Source: a virus | DNA length: 64,000 nucleotides | Direction: 5' to 3' (one strand) | IMG/VR virus record: IMGVR_UViG_3300034072_001378 | Span: 35,659 to 99,658 of that record | Shown: positions 10,273 to 19,211 of the stretch, piece after piece | Layout of the letters: every line of letters begins with the position of its first letter | Position numbering within the stretch: position 1 is the stretch's first letter | Position numbers and translations under genes: made by a program | The notes under the pieces: model-generated | Database searches by the model: none | Told to the model about the DNA's origin: nothing | The model's input: only the letters and a program-made list of their open reading frames with translations

Positions 10273-10330
10273 ATGTGATGAATCTAATAATACTCCAGAT
10301 GTAATCTCGAGAAATCAATTAGTAGTAGAT
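10273..10330 (+). CDS. gp18: tail sheath exon 5 (CDESNNTPDVISRNQLVVD)
   Basis: CD..NNTP.VI.RN sheath motif. Confidence 0.93.
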
Positions 10331-10679
10331 GAAATTTGTCTACTATAAAGAACTCTAATTGCTGGAACATCCTTAGAGTCTAAATATAGATTCAAGTTTA
10401 AAAGAAATATTTTGTTTATAAACAAATAATATGCTTTTTAAATTTGAATTGATGAACAAGTTTAGAATTGGACAATCAGCAGCCAAGGTTCAAATGAAAA
10501 ATATTGAACAAGGTTCAACGACTATCCCATAACGGGAGTACACTCAAGTGAGTGGAAATGGGTTCTATTTTATCTACTCTAACAAATGATAAAATAAAGA
10601 TATAGTCTAGTCTTTATGGAAACATAAAGCAGTTTAATTAAAACGCATTTAATAGTAACATATTAAATGGAATATAACG
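10331..10679 (+). ncRNA. group I intron 5 (no ORF)
   Basis: P1 tagtagaU pairs with gtctacta (U-G); P,Q,R,S elements present; ends in G at 10679. Confidence 0.92.
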
Positions 10680-10775
10680 GTTTTCATAAAACCAAATTAT
10701 GTTGCAGAATTTGTTCATCTTAAATTTACTAACGCAGGGACAAATAGTTTTGCGTCAGTAATTGGTGGGGCATAA
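10680..10775 (+). CDS. gp18: tail sheath exon 6 (VFIKPNYVAEFVHLKFTNAGTNSFASVIGGA-stop)
   Basis: IKP...E.I.L.F C-terminal sheath motif ending at TAA. Confidence 0.93.
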   Translation, partial: VFIKPNYVAEFVHLKFTNAGTNSFASVIGGA

Positions 10776-10781
10776 GAATTT

Positions 10782-10811
10782 AATTAAATAGAAATTAATT
10801 TCTATTTAATT
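10782..10811. repeat. perfect 30-bp palindrome after sheath stop
   Basis: aattaaatagaaatt|aatttctatttaatt. Confidence 0.8.
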
Positions 10812-10831
10812 TCACAAATTTGGTAAAATTT

Positions 10832-10866
10832 AAAAGCTATGTAGAGAAAATCTGCATAGCTTTTTT
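10832..10866 (+). terminator. Rho-independent terminator after sheath gene
   Basis: aaaagctatgtaga-gaaaa-tctgcatagc plus T run. Confidence 0.75.
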
Positions 10867-10899
10867 AGTTTTCTAAAACATGAATTAGAGTTAATTAAA

Positions 10900-10923
10900 C
10901 TTTAATAATCTTTAGTATATAAT
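10900..10923 (+). promoter_or_regulatory. early (host sigma70-type) promoter repeat
   Basis: ctttaataatctttagtatataat, 2 mismatches from the CTTTAATATTCTTTTGTATATAAT consensus. Confidence 0.65.
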
Positions 10924-10941
10924 AAAATAAAAAGGATAAAA

Positions 10942-11169
10942 ATGGATACAATAATTGGATGGTTTAAAAGTATAGTAGGGTTTGTTTTTGGAACATTATT
11001 TTTGAGTTTTATAAGTGGATACTTAATCGGAAATTATTATGCAACAAAAGCAGCAATACAAGATAAAAATTTAATTACACCACACAATATAATTTCAATG
11101 ACGTTATTAAGGGCTTATGAAGTTCCTGGAGCAGAAAAATATACATATAAAAATTATGATAAAAAATAA
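10942..11169 (+). CDS. hypothetical membrane protein
   Basis: hydrophobic N-terminal helix; RBS and early promoter upstream. Confidence 0.6.
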   Translation: MDTIIGWFKSIVGFVFGTLFLSFISGYLIGNYYATKAAIQDKNLITPHNIISMTLLRAYEVPGAEKYTYKNYDKK

Positions 11170-11208
11170 TTTGAACATTAATAAAAATATATAGAAAAAG
11201 TAAGTACT

Positions 11209-11364
11209 AAAGTTTAAAGCTAGATAGAAATATCTAGCTTTTTTAGTTTAGAAGACAAATTTAAGTTCAAAAAATCTTTTAAATTTGCAATAGTCTTATA
11301 ACTAAAAATATCTATATGCTTTTTAAGTTAAATTTTTCTTTTAAATTTATTGAAAGTATAAATA
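11209..11364 (+). repeat. ~150-bp intergenic cassette (terminator + two TTAAGTT..TCTTTTAAA motifs + late promoter), near-copy of 41587-41747
   Basis: first ~47 bp identical to 41587 onward; internal motifs at 11261 and 11323; TATAAATA 11357-11364. Confidence 0.8.
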
Positions 11365-11383
11365 ATTTAAAAAGGAAATTAGA

Positions 11384-12172
11384 ATGGCTAATGTAGTACA
11401 AACAATGATACACAATGCTTTGGGTGATGGTGCTAGAAGTACAAAATTTGAATGTTATATAGGGTTAGATACTTTTGGAGCTGGATCAAAAACAATTAGT
11501 ACAATGGTTAAAACTGCTTCATATCCAAGTAAATCACATGATGTAATAGATTTTAAGTTCAAAGGTAGAAATATTCCTTTAAGAGGGCAAGTAAAATATG
11601 AACAAACTTGGACTTGTAATTTCTATATGGATGAATCTCATACATTAAAAAAAGCGTTTGAAGATGCTATTGAAGCTTTAGATGAAGTTCACACATATGA
11701 TGATCCAAATGGAACGGTTGCTAGACAACAGGGTAGAAATTCATCTAGATATACAAATACAATAACAATAGTTCAATTAGATTTTGATGGTTCTCAATCT
11801 ACCGCAATTTATACATTGTATAATGCATTTCCTAAAAATATAACTCAAATAGATATAGATTATTCAGAAGTTGGGAAAATTTTAGAATTCTCGGTTGAGT
11901 TTGCTTATTCTCATTTTGATATGCAAGTAGTAAAAGCACCTGATGGTTCTTTTATAGATGGAATAAAAGGCAGATTTTTAGGTGCTGTTGAAGGATTAAT
12001 ACAAAAAGGTAAGGATGCCGCGGCTGCCGCAATTGGGGATTTAATAAGTTCAGCAAAAGATTATGTAATGGCTAATGGCGCTGGTGATATTTTTGGAGCT
12101 ATTGGTTCAGGAATAGATTCTGCATTACTTTCATTGGAACAAATTGATTTTAATCCAAGTTCTATGTGGTAA
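11384..12172 (+). CDS. gp19: tail tube-like protein (gp19 paralogue)
   Basis: GARSTKFE, TASYPSKS, FKGRNIPLRG, YNAFPKNI.QID, EFSVEFAYS tube motifs. Confidence 0.8.
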   Translation: MANVVQTMIHNALGDGARSTKFECYIGLDTFGAGSKTISTMVKTASYPSKSHDVIDFKFKGRNIPLRGQVKYEQTWTCNFYMDESHTLKKAFEDAIEALDEVHTYDDPNGTVARQQGRNSSRYTNTITIVQLDFDGSQSTAIYTLYNAFPKNITQIDIDYSEVGKILEFSVEFAYSHFDMQVVKAPDGSFIDGIKGRFLGAVEGLIQKGKDAAAAAIGDLISSAKDYVMANGAGDIFGAIGSGIDSALLSLEQIDFNPSSMW

Positions 12173-13683
12173 TTATTATGACAGAAAGCACAAGCATTAA
12201 AACAATAGAATCTCCAGGAATTTTAATTTCTGAATCAAATTTTATACCTAATAATTATATAAACCCATCATTAAATGTTGCTGCATTTGTTGGAGAATTT
12301 GAGAAAGGGCCTATAAACGAACCAATTTTAATAACTTCGGCACTACAATTTAAGTTAATTTTTGGAAGAGCAACAGAAATAAACTATAATGACTGGTATC
12401 AAGTTTATAACTATTTACAATACGGAACTCCTAGAATATTTGTGTGTAGAAGTGCAGGCACAACACAAATAAAAGCAAATAATAATGGTAATATTGCAAA
12501 TACTCCTGGTTCTTGGGGAAATATTTTAACAGTTGAAATATATTATAAAACAAATTTAACAAATACTATTAGAGATATCTTTGGTTTACTTGATATAGAA
12601 CAAGAAAATAACTTTAAAAATTATTTTGTAATTATTAGAAGAAAAGATATAATTGTTGAACAATATAATATTGACACTCCCGAAGAACTAAATTCTAATT
12701 ATTTAGAAAGTATAAATTTGGAAGAAGGAATATTTAAACTTGAAAATGGTTATACCGATTCACCAAAAGAAGAAGATATTTCAGAAAGTTTAGAATTATT
12801 TTCTAAAGAAAATTATGATATTGATATTTTGATTGCTTCTGAATATTTTAATAATGAAAACATAAAATTAGCAGAAAGTAGAAAAGATTGTGTTGTTTTT
12901 ATGGGTGTACCTAGAAGATTTATTTATTTTTTAGTTATTAATGGATTAATATTAACAACAGAAGATGGAACAAAAATTGCTTCAAAAATTAAAAATTTAA
13001 AATTAACTATAACTGATTCAGATATTAAAGATATAAAACAATATATTTCTAAAATGCAAAAAAGTTCATATGCTTTTTGTGTTTTTGGTTTTAAAGTACA
13101 GTTTGATGAGTTTACTGGAAAAAATAGAGTAATAAATACAATAGGCGATATAGCAGGTTTAAAATCTTCTGCAGCTTTAATAAATCCTTGGAGCATTGGA
13201 GCAGGTATTGAAAGAGGAACTTTAAAGAATTTTGAGAGATTCACAATGCTATTAAAGAAATCAGATAAAGAAGATTTATATAAGATGGGAGTTAATACAT
13301 TAGAAAATAATGTTCTTATGTCTCAAAAACTTTTTGTTGATGAAACATTTAGTACACAAAAATTACATCAAAGAAATATCTATAATTATTTAAAAAGAGC
13401 ATCAGAGAAAATAATTAATAGATATATATTTAATCCAAATGAAAGGGCATTAAGACAACAGTTAGCATTTGAACTAAAAAAATTATTAGAAGATGTTAAA
13501 GCTAGTAGAGGTATTGAAGCAGGCAAGGTTGTTGTTACGGTTGATTCTGCAAATATAGAAGTGAATAATATAAATATAAATATTTACATAAAAATGGTTA
13601 ATATTTCTGAAATTGTGAAAGTGAACTTTATAAATGCAGGCACAAGAAATCTTTCAGAAATAGTACAAACTAAGGAGATATAA
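12166..13683 (+). CDS. second tail sheath paralogue (intron-free, divergent)
   Basis: SPGILISE, AFVGEFEKGP, NYNDWYQVYNYLQYG, GDIAGLK, W..GAG..RG motifs shared with the split sheath gene. Confidence 0.85.
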   Translation: MVIIMTESTSIKTIESPGILISESNFIPNNYINPSLNVAAFVGEFEKGPINEPILITSALQFKLIFGRATEINYNDWYQVYNYLQYGTPRIFVCRSAGTTQIKANNNGNIANTPGSWGNILTVEIYYKTNLTNTIRDIFGLLDIEQENNFKNYFVIIRRKDIIVEQYNIDTPEELNSNYLESINLEEGIFKLENGYTDSPKEEDISESLELFSKENYDIDILIASEYFNNENIKLAESRKDCVVFMGVPRRFIYFLVINGLILTTEDGTKIASKIKNLKLTITDSDIKDIKQYISKMQKSSYAFCVFGFKVQFDEFTGKNRVINTIGDIAGLKSSAALINPWSIGAGIERGTLKNFERFTMLLKKSDKEDLYKMGVNTLENNVLMSQKLFVDETFSTQKLHQRNIYNYLKRASEKIINRYIFNPNERALRQQLAFELKKLLEDVKASRGIEAGKVVVTVDSANIEVNNININIYIKMVNISEIVKVNFINAGTRNLSEIVQTKEI

Positions 13684-15995
13684 TGGCAGATTATATAACA
13701 ATAAGTGAATTAGCTTCAATATTAGGTCAGAATATAACAGGTGAAGAAGATTTTATTGTAACAAAAAACAATACTTCTTATAAAATAACATTAAGTGAAT
13801 TAGATAATTATCTAAGAATACAAGAAGTTGATAAATTATCAAAAAATGAAAATCTAGCTGATTTAGAAAATAAAGAAACAGCAAGAAATAATTTAGATGT
13901 TTATTCTAAAGATGAATCAAATGATATTTTAAATAATGCAATAATTGATTATGTCGTACCTTTAGGTGATAGTACTTCGGGTGATTATGTTAAAAATATT
14001 TTATCTGGAACTGGAATAAATATATTAAATGGTACTGGAGAAGGTTCAATCCCAGAAATTTCTATTTCGGACATTGGAACGGCTGGAACTTATACAAAAG
14101 TTATAACCAATAATAAGGGTCAAGTTATTGGAAATGAATTTTTAATTCCCTCGGATATACCTGATTTGGACGCAAGTAAAATAACATCGGGTATTATTTC
14201 AGCGGAAAGATTGCCTTCATTTGTTGACGATGTTTTAGAATTTCAAAATTATATAGATTTACCAACATTTGGAGAATCTGGAAAAATTTATGTTGTTATT
14301 TCTGATGAAAATATGAATAATCAAACGAGTACATATAGATGGACGGGAAGTGTTTTTGCGTTAGTTAGTAATAATTTAACTGCTTTAGATATAAAAAATT
14401 TATATGAATCTAATAATAATACCAATGCATTTACAGATACATTATTATCAAAACTAAATGGTGTTCAAAATGGAGCACAAGTAAATACCGTGACTAGTGT
14501 TTCTGGTAGAGTAGGTAATGTTATTTTAACTAAAAGTGATGTTGGATTAAATAATGTTCAAAATATTGATACAACAAATGCTTCAAATATATCTTCTGGA
14601 ACTTTAAATTCCGATAGATTACCTGATTCAGGTGTTATTGAAGGGTCATATGGTTCAGAAACTCAGGTTCCAATAATTAATGTTGATTCTACTGGTAGAA
14701 TAACAAATATTGAAAATGAAATTATATTTATTCCTAGTGGTGATATATCCGTTACTGGTGGTGATATAACATTAAGTGGGACAACTGGAGTAGAAATAAC
14801 AAATGCTACTTTAGTTGATACTGGGGTTACAACAGGAACTTATAGATCAGTGACAGTTGATTCTAAAGGGAGAATAACTGAAGGTACTAACCCAACAACA
14901 ATAGCAGAATATGAAATTTCTGATGCTTATACAAAAACAGAAGTACAAGAAACATTGCCAGCAGTTGGTTTTGATATTACAAATTTAATACCGCCAACAA
15001 GAATTGGACAAATGAAATGGAATCAAACAGAAGGCACAATAGACCTTGCATTAGAAAATGATGTTACACTACAAATAGGACAAGAAAATAATAGAAAAGT
15101 AAGAAATGATACAGCAAGCACAATTACAAATGGTACTCTTGTTATGTCTACTGGTAGTATTGGTAATAGCGGAAGAATAACTGTTGCACCATTTACCGGT
15201 TTAATTGGTCAAGCCAAATATATTTATGGAATTGTTACACATGATATAGCCCCTGATACGGATGGATTTGTTACAATTGATGGTAAAGTTAGAGATATTA
15301 ATACAACTGGTTCAACTGTTGGTGAAATTTGGGAAGATGGCGATGTTCTTTATGCAAAACCAAATGATAGTGGGCATTTAACAAAAATAGTACCCACTGT
15401 TGGAGAATTAAAAGTAAGTGTTGCACAAGTTGTTCATGCACACACAAATGGTACATTGGAAATAAGAATTTCATCTGTTGTTGATGAAAATGAATATGAG
15501 CCAAGAAATAGCAATATTCAAACCCATATTAGCGCAACAAATAATCCACACAATGTGACTAAGGAACAAATAGATTTAGGTAATGTTGATAATACTGCAG
15601 ATGTAGATAAAAATGTTCTTAGTGCAACAAAGTTATCAACCGCTAGAAAAATAAATGATGTTGATTTTGATGGGTCTTCAGATATAGAGATAAATTCTAG
15701 ATTAGGAACATCGATAGCATCAGCAAGTACTACAAATATTGGCACAACTAATACAAAAGAAACTGTTCATATAACGGGAACAGAAACTATAAATAGTTTT
15801 GGAATATCATCTACCGGGACGATAAGAAATTTAATTTTTGATGATATATTAACTATAAATAGCTCAAGTAATATTATATTCCCGTCAGACACAAATATAA
15901 CAACTGAAATAGGAAATATCTTCACATTTCTGTGTGAAGATGGTCCAAATGCTATTTGGAGATGTATAAGCACAACACCAAGTAGAATTTGGTAA
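13683..15995 (+). CDS. long fibre protein (tail, collar or head fibre)
   Basis: ITISEL N-terminus, KNENLADL, GTYTKV.T..KG / GTYRSVTVDSKGRIT repeats, NPHNVTKEQIDLGNVDNT, ARKIN.V.FDGS.DI fibre motifs. Confidence 0.75.
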   Translation: MADYITISELASILGQNITGEEDFIVTKNNTSYKITLSELDNYLRIQEVDKLSKNENLADLENKETARNNLDVYSKDESNDILNNAIIDYVVPLGDSTSGDYVKNILSGTGINILNGTGEGSIPEISISDIGTAGTYTKVITNNKGQVIGNEFLIPSDIPDLDASKITSGIISAERLPSFVDDVLEFQNYIDLPTFGESGKIYVVISDENMNNQTSTYRWTGSVFALVSNNLTALDIKNLYESNNNTNAFTDTLLSKLNGVQNGAQVNTVTSVSGRVGNVILTKSDVGLNNVQNIDTTNASNISSGTLNSDRLPDSGVIEGSYGSETQVPIINVDSTGRITNIENEIIFIPSGDISVTGGDITLSGTTGVEITNATLVDTGVTTGTYRSVTVDSKGRITEGTNPTTIAEYEISDAYTKTEVQETLPAVGFDITNLIPPTRIGQMKWNQTEGTIDLALENDVTLQIGQENNRKVRNDTASTITNGTLVMSTGSIGNSGRITVAPFTGLIGQAKYIYGIVTHDIAPDTDGFVTIDGKVRDINTTGSTVGEIWEDGDVLYAKPNDSGHLTKIVPTVGELKVSVAQVVHAHTNGTLEIRISSVVDENEYEPRNSNIQTHISATNNPHNVTKEQIDLGNVDNTADVDKNVLSATKLSTARKINDVDFDGSSDIEINSRLGTSIASASTTNIGTTNTKETVHITGTETINSFGISSTGTIRNLIFDDILTINSSSNIIFPSDTNITTEIGNIFTFLCEDGPNAIWRCISTTPSRIW

Positions 15996-16012
15996 TTTAA
16001 AAGGAGAAAAAT

Positions 16013-16762
16013 ATGGGTTATGGATTTAATATAACAGAACTTAAAAAAAATCTAGGACCAGGACTCGGATTACGTAAAAACCGGTTCCTAGTTGAAATTC
16101 CGATTCCGGGAATAGAAGGTAAAACATTAAATATTCTTTGTAGAAGTGCTGGGTTGCCAGAAAGAAATATAAGTACTACACAATATTGGCACAAAGGAAG
16201 AGTTTATAATGTTAGAGGCGAAACAGATTATGTGGGACAATATGAAATTTCAATTGTTGATGATTCTGATATGAAAATTAGAAACGTTTTTGATACTTGG
16301 TTAGAACAAGTTGATAATTCAAAACCAGCAAATCAGGGGATTTTAGGTGCTTCATTTGAAAAAGCAATGCCAGGTTTTTTAGGCGAATTGGGTAATACAA
16401 TTAAAACAGCAAATCAAATTAAAAATATAATAAAAAATCCTAATCAAATTAAAGATTGGTTCATTGGAGCTTTAGCTGGAACAAATGGTGAAGCACCGGC
16501 ATATCAAACTGATATAAATATTTGGCAATTAGGTAATGCTGATAATAAAGTATATGGTTATAAACTTCAAAATGCTTTTCCTAAAAGCATTGGTATTGTT
16601 ACTCTTGATGATGGTGAAGAAAATACATTATCTGAATTTTCTGTTGTATTTTCATTTAGTGAATTTGTACCTTTATTAAAAACAAAAGAGGCTTTTACAG
16701 ACGCAATTCTTGGTGATACAGGCTCGGATATTTTAAATGGTGTTGAAGCACTATTTGATTAG
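16013..16762 (+). CDS. gp19: tail tube-like protein (gp19 paralogue)
   Basis: RKNRFLVEI, LCRSAGLPER, YKLQNAFPKSIG.VTLD, EFSVVFSF motifs. Confidence 0.8.
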   Translation: MGYGFNITELKKNLGPGLGLRKNRFLVEIPIPGIEGKTLNILCRSAGLPERNISTTQYWHKGRVYNVRGETDYVGQYEISIVDDSDMKIRNVFDTWLEQVDNSKPANQGILGASFEKAMPGFLGELGNTIKTANQIKNIIKNPNQIKDWFIGALAGTNGEAPAYQTDINIWQLGNADNKVYGYKLQNAFPKSIGIVTLDDGEENTLSEFSVVFSFSEFVPLLKTKEAFTDAILGDTGSDILNGVEALFD

Positions 16763-16816
16763 AAATTTAAAATAAATTTTGAACTTAAATATAAATAATT
16801 AAAAAGGAGAAGATTA

Positions 16817-17152
16817 ATGGGAAAATTTAGAGAATGGCTTAGAGAAGCTGAAGAAAAAACAACAGAGTATCAAAAATTCTTTGCTAAGAAATTAGAAAAA
16901 TACGGAGTTAAAAGTCCTTCAGAATTATCAGACGAAGATAAAAAGAAATTCTATGATGAAGTTGATGCAGAATGGGAAGGAGAAGATGAAAAACCTGAAG
17001 ACGGCGAAAAAGAAGAAACATCTGAAATTTCAGAAGCTAAACAAATGGTTGATAAAAAACAATTAGAGTGGTTTATTGGGTTAACTAATAAAGCTAAAAA
17101 TTTAGATGAACTAATTGAAGATTTAGAATTAATGAAAGGATTGGTAAAATGA
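16817..17152 (+). CDS. putative internal head protein
   Basis: MGKFREWLREAEE leader; YQKFF.K.L.KYGVKSP..L..E.KKKF motif; late promoter 16790-16797. Confidence 0.6.
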   Translation: MGKFREWLREAEEKTTEYQKFFAKKLEKYGVKSPSELSDEDKKKFYDEVDAEWEGEDEKPEDGEKEETSEISEAKQMVDKKQLEWFIGLTNKAKNLDELIEDLELMKGLVK

Positions 17153-17355
17153 TAAAGTTTAGAGAATGGTTAGAAACAAAAGATAAAGAAAATTTAGATA
17201 TTAATGAATCTTCTAATAAAATTATCGAAGAATTATTAAAAGATGTTGATTCTTTATATGAGAAATTTAATAAAGCAGAACAGAAGATAAAAATATTCTC
17301 ACAATCAAAATTAACTGAAATAAAAGTTAAAATAATGGATTTGTTAGAAAAATAA
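17149..17355 (+). CDS. putative small internal head protein
   Basis: MIKFREWLE...DINES leader; ATGA-type coupling to the previous gene. Confidence 0.55.
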   Translation: MIKFREWLETKDKENLDINESSNKIIEELLKDVDSLYEKFNKAEQKIKIFSQSKLTEIKVKIMDLLEK

Positions 17356-17396
17356 TATTTTTAATAATATAAATAATAATAAAATAGGAGATAAAT

Positions 17397-17975
17397 ATGT
17401 CTTTAGCACAATTAAAAAATGCGCTTGGCGCAGTTGCAAGACCGAATAAATATAGAATTAACTTTTCTATTCCTGCTGCAGTACCTGTTAAATCTGATTT
17501 GGCAAATGCAGATGTTCTTTGTAAAGCGGCATCTTTTCCAAGTATGACAATTGGACAAATTGAAGTATGGAATCAAGGAAGAAAATTAATAATTCCTGGT
17601 GATACAAGTTTTACAAACACTTGGGAATTAACATTCTATCAAACAGAGGACCACGCATTAAGAAAAGATTTAATATCTTGGATGGTTGCGGCAGACCACT
17701 TTCAAACAAATACGCATAGTGGTAATCCAAATAGTATTTTGGGTGAATTATCTGTTGAACAATTGGATTCTGCTGGTAATGCAACAGCAAGATATACATT
17801 TCACAATGTATTTGTATCAGAGGTTGGTGAAGTAACTTTAGGAGATGATACTCAAGATACACCCCAAGAATACACCGTACAATTTTCATTTAGTGATTGG
17901 ATTCTAGGCACTGGTGAAATTCAAAATCCAGCTTCAGGAAATAAAGCTACTTTAAATGAAATAGCAACTAGATAA
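17397..17975 (+). CDS. gp19: major tail tube protein
   Basis: ARPNKYRI, LCKAASFP, GRKL.IPGD.SF.NTW..TF, FHNVFVSEVGEV.L motifs; strong RBS and late promoter. Confidence 0.9.
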   Translation: MSLAQLKNALGAVARPNKYRINFSIPAAVPVKSDLANADVLCKAASFPSMTIGQIEVWNQGRKLIIPGDTSFTNTWELTFYQTEDHALRKDLISWMVAADHFQTNTHSGNPNSILGELSVEQLDSAGNATARYTFHNVFVSEVGEVTLGDDTQDTPQEYTVQFSFSDWILGTGEIQNPASGNKATLNEIATR

Positions 17976-17984
17976 TTTTTAATA

Positions 17985-18007
17985 GGAGACTAATTGAATT
18001 AGTCTCC
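17985..18007 (+). terminator. hairpin between tube gene and GIY-YIG gene
   Basis: ggagactaat-tga-attagtctcc. Confidence 0.6.
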
Positions 18008-18032
18008 ATTTAAGAATTTTGAAAGGATTTAA

Positions 18033-19211
18033 ATGAAAAAGAAAAAATATCATTATGTTTATAGAATAACAAATAAAATTGAAAAGAAGCATTATATAGG
18101 TGTTAGAAGTTGTAATATTGACCCATATTTAGATTTAGGTAAAGAATATAAAGGAACTAGTTTAGATTCAGATTTTGTTAAAGATCAGAATGAAAATCCC
18201 CAAAATTATATATATCAAATTTTGGATTTTTTTGAGAATAGAAAAGATGCAATAAAAAGAGAAATGTACTTACACGAAATTTATAAAGTTAATTTAAATG
18301 AATCTTTTTATAATATTCGCAAACAAGGTAGTACTAAATGGGATAACACAGGAAATAAAAAAATTGCCAAAAAAATTAGTATCGCGAATAAAGGTAGAAT
18401 TGTAATTAATAATGGCGAAGTTAAAAAACATATAAAACCCGAAGAATTTGAAAGATATTTGCAAGATGGATGGATAAAGGGTGGTGTATCTCCATCACCT
18501 GAAGTAATACTGAAAATGAGTATATCTAATTCAGATACAATATATATGAATAATAATATAATTGAGATAAGATTAGAACAAAATGAGATTGACGAATATC
18601 GTATTCTTGGTTTTACTGAAGGTAGATTACCAATGAAAGATATACAAAAATTTCAATTATTTTTATCTCACACAGGTAAAACTTTATCAGAAGAACATAA
18701 AGAAAACATCGGCATTGGTGGTAAAGGTATTAAAAAATCAGAACAAATGAAAATGAAATTATCTGAAACCAGAACAGGAATGATTTATATAAATAATGGA
18801 GAAAAAGAGAAGATAATACAACCATACGATTTACAAACTTATATTTATGATGGTTGGGAAGAAGGTAAATTACCAATGCCGGATAGTCATAAACAAGCAA
18901 TTAGTGATGCTTCATTTGGCAAACCCGGTACAACAACTGGGAAAATATCGGTTGTTAAGAATAATATCGTAAAGTATATTTCACAATCTGAATTAGATGA
19001 TTATTTATCGGATGGATGGGTACAAGGTGGTAAAAAGTTTTCACAAGAAACTAAAGAAAAGTTAAAAGGTAGAAAGGGGTCAACTGCTGGAAGAATAGGT
19101 ATAAATAATAATATAAAGAACAAATATATTAATGCTGATGAATTAGATAAATATTTAAAAGAAGGTTGGGTAAAAGGATTAAAATCCAAAAAGAAGGTAA
19201 CCAATGGCTAA
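18033..19211 (+). CDS. free-standing GIY-YIG homing endonuclease (seg-like)
   Basis: HYVYRITNKIEKKHYIG catalytic motif, NESFYN, NUMOD3-like SEEHKENIG, repeated INNG..K.I...E...YL..GW..G units. Confidence 0.88.
   Translation: MKKKKYHYVYRITNKIEKKHYIGVRSCNIDPYLDLGKEYKGTSLDSDFVKDQNENPQNYIYQILDFFENRKDAIKREMYLHEIYKVNLNESFYNIRKQGSTKWDNTGNKKIAKKISIANKGRIVINNGEVKKHIKPEEFERYLQDGWIKGGVSPSPEVILKMSISNSDTIYMNNNIIEIRLEQNEIDEYRILGFTEGRLPMKDIQKFQLFLSHTGKTLSEEHKENIGIGGKGIKKSEQMKMKLSETRTGMIYINNGEKEKIIQPYDLQTYIYDGWEEGKLPMPDSHKQAISDASFGKPGTTTGKISVVKNNIVKYISQSELDDYLSDGWVQGGKKFSQETKEKLKGRKGSTAGRIGINNNIKNKYINADELDKYLKEGWVKGLKSKKKVTNG

Noticed and set aside
9660-10530. gttcaa-containing hairpins as tRNA T-arms
   Set aside because: They are P6/P7 parts of the introns; I found no cloverleaf tRNA anywhere in the window by eye (tRNAscan-SE would confirm)
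9609-10562. Repeated 59-65 bp blocks as a CRISPR array
   Set aside because: Repeats are intron core segments with irregular spacing of hundreds of bases; no cas genes or constant spacer length
7515-10679. Stop-codon reassignment or programmed frameshifting as the explanation for the broken sheath gene
   Set aside because: Sheath fragments are separated by 294-1482 nt non-homologous blocks with group I cores, and other genes read normally in the standard code
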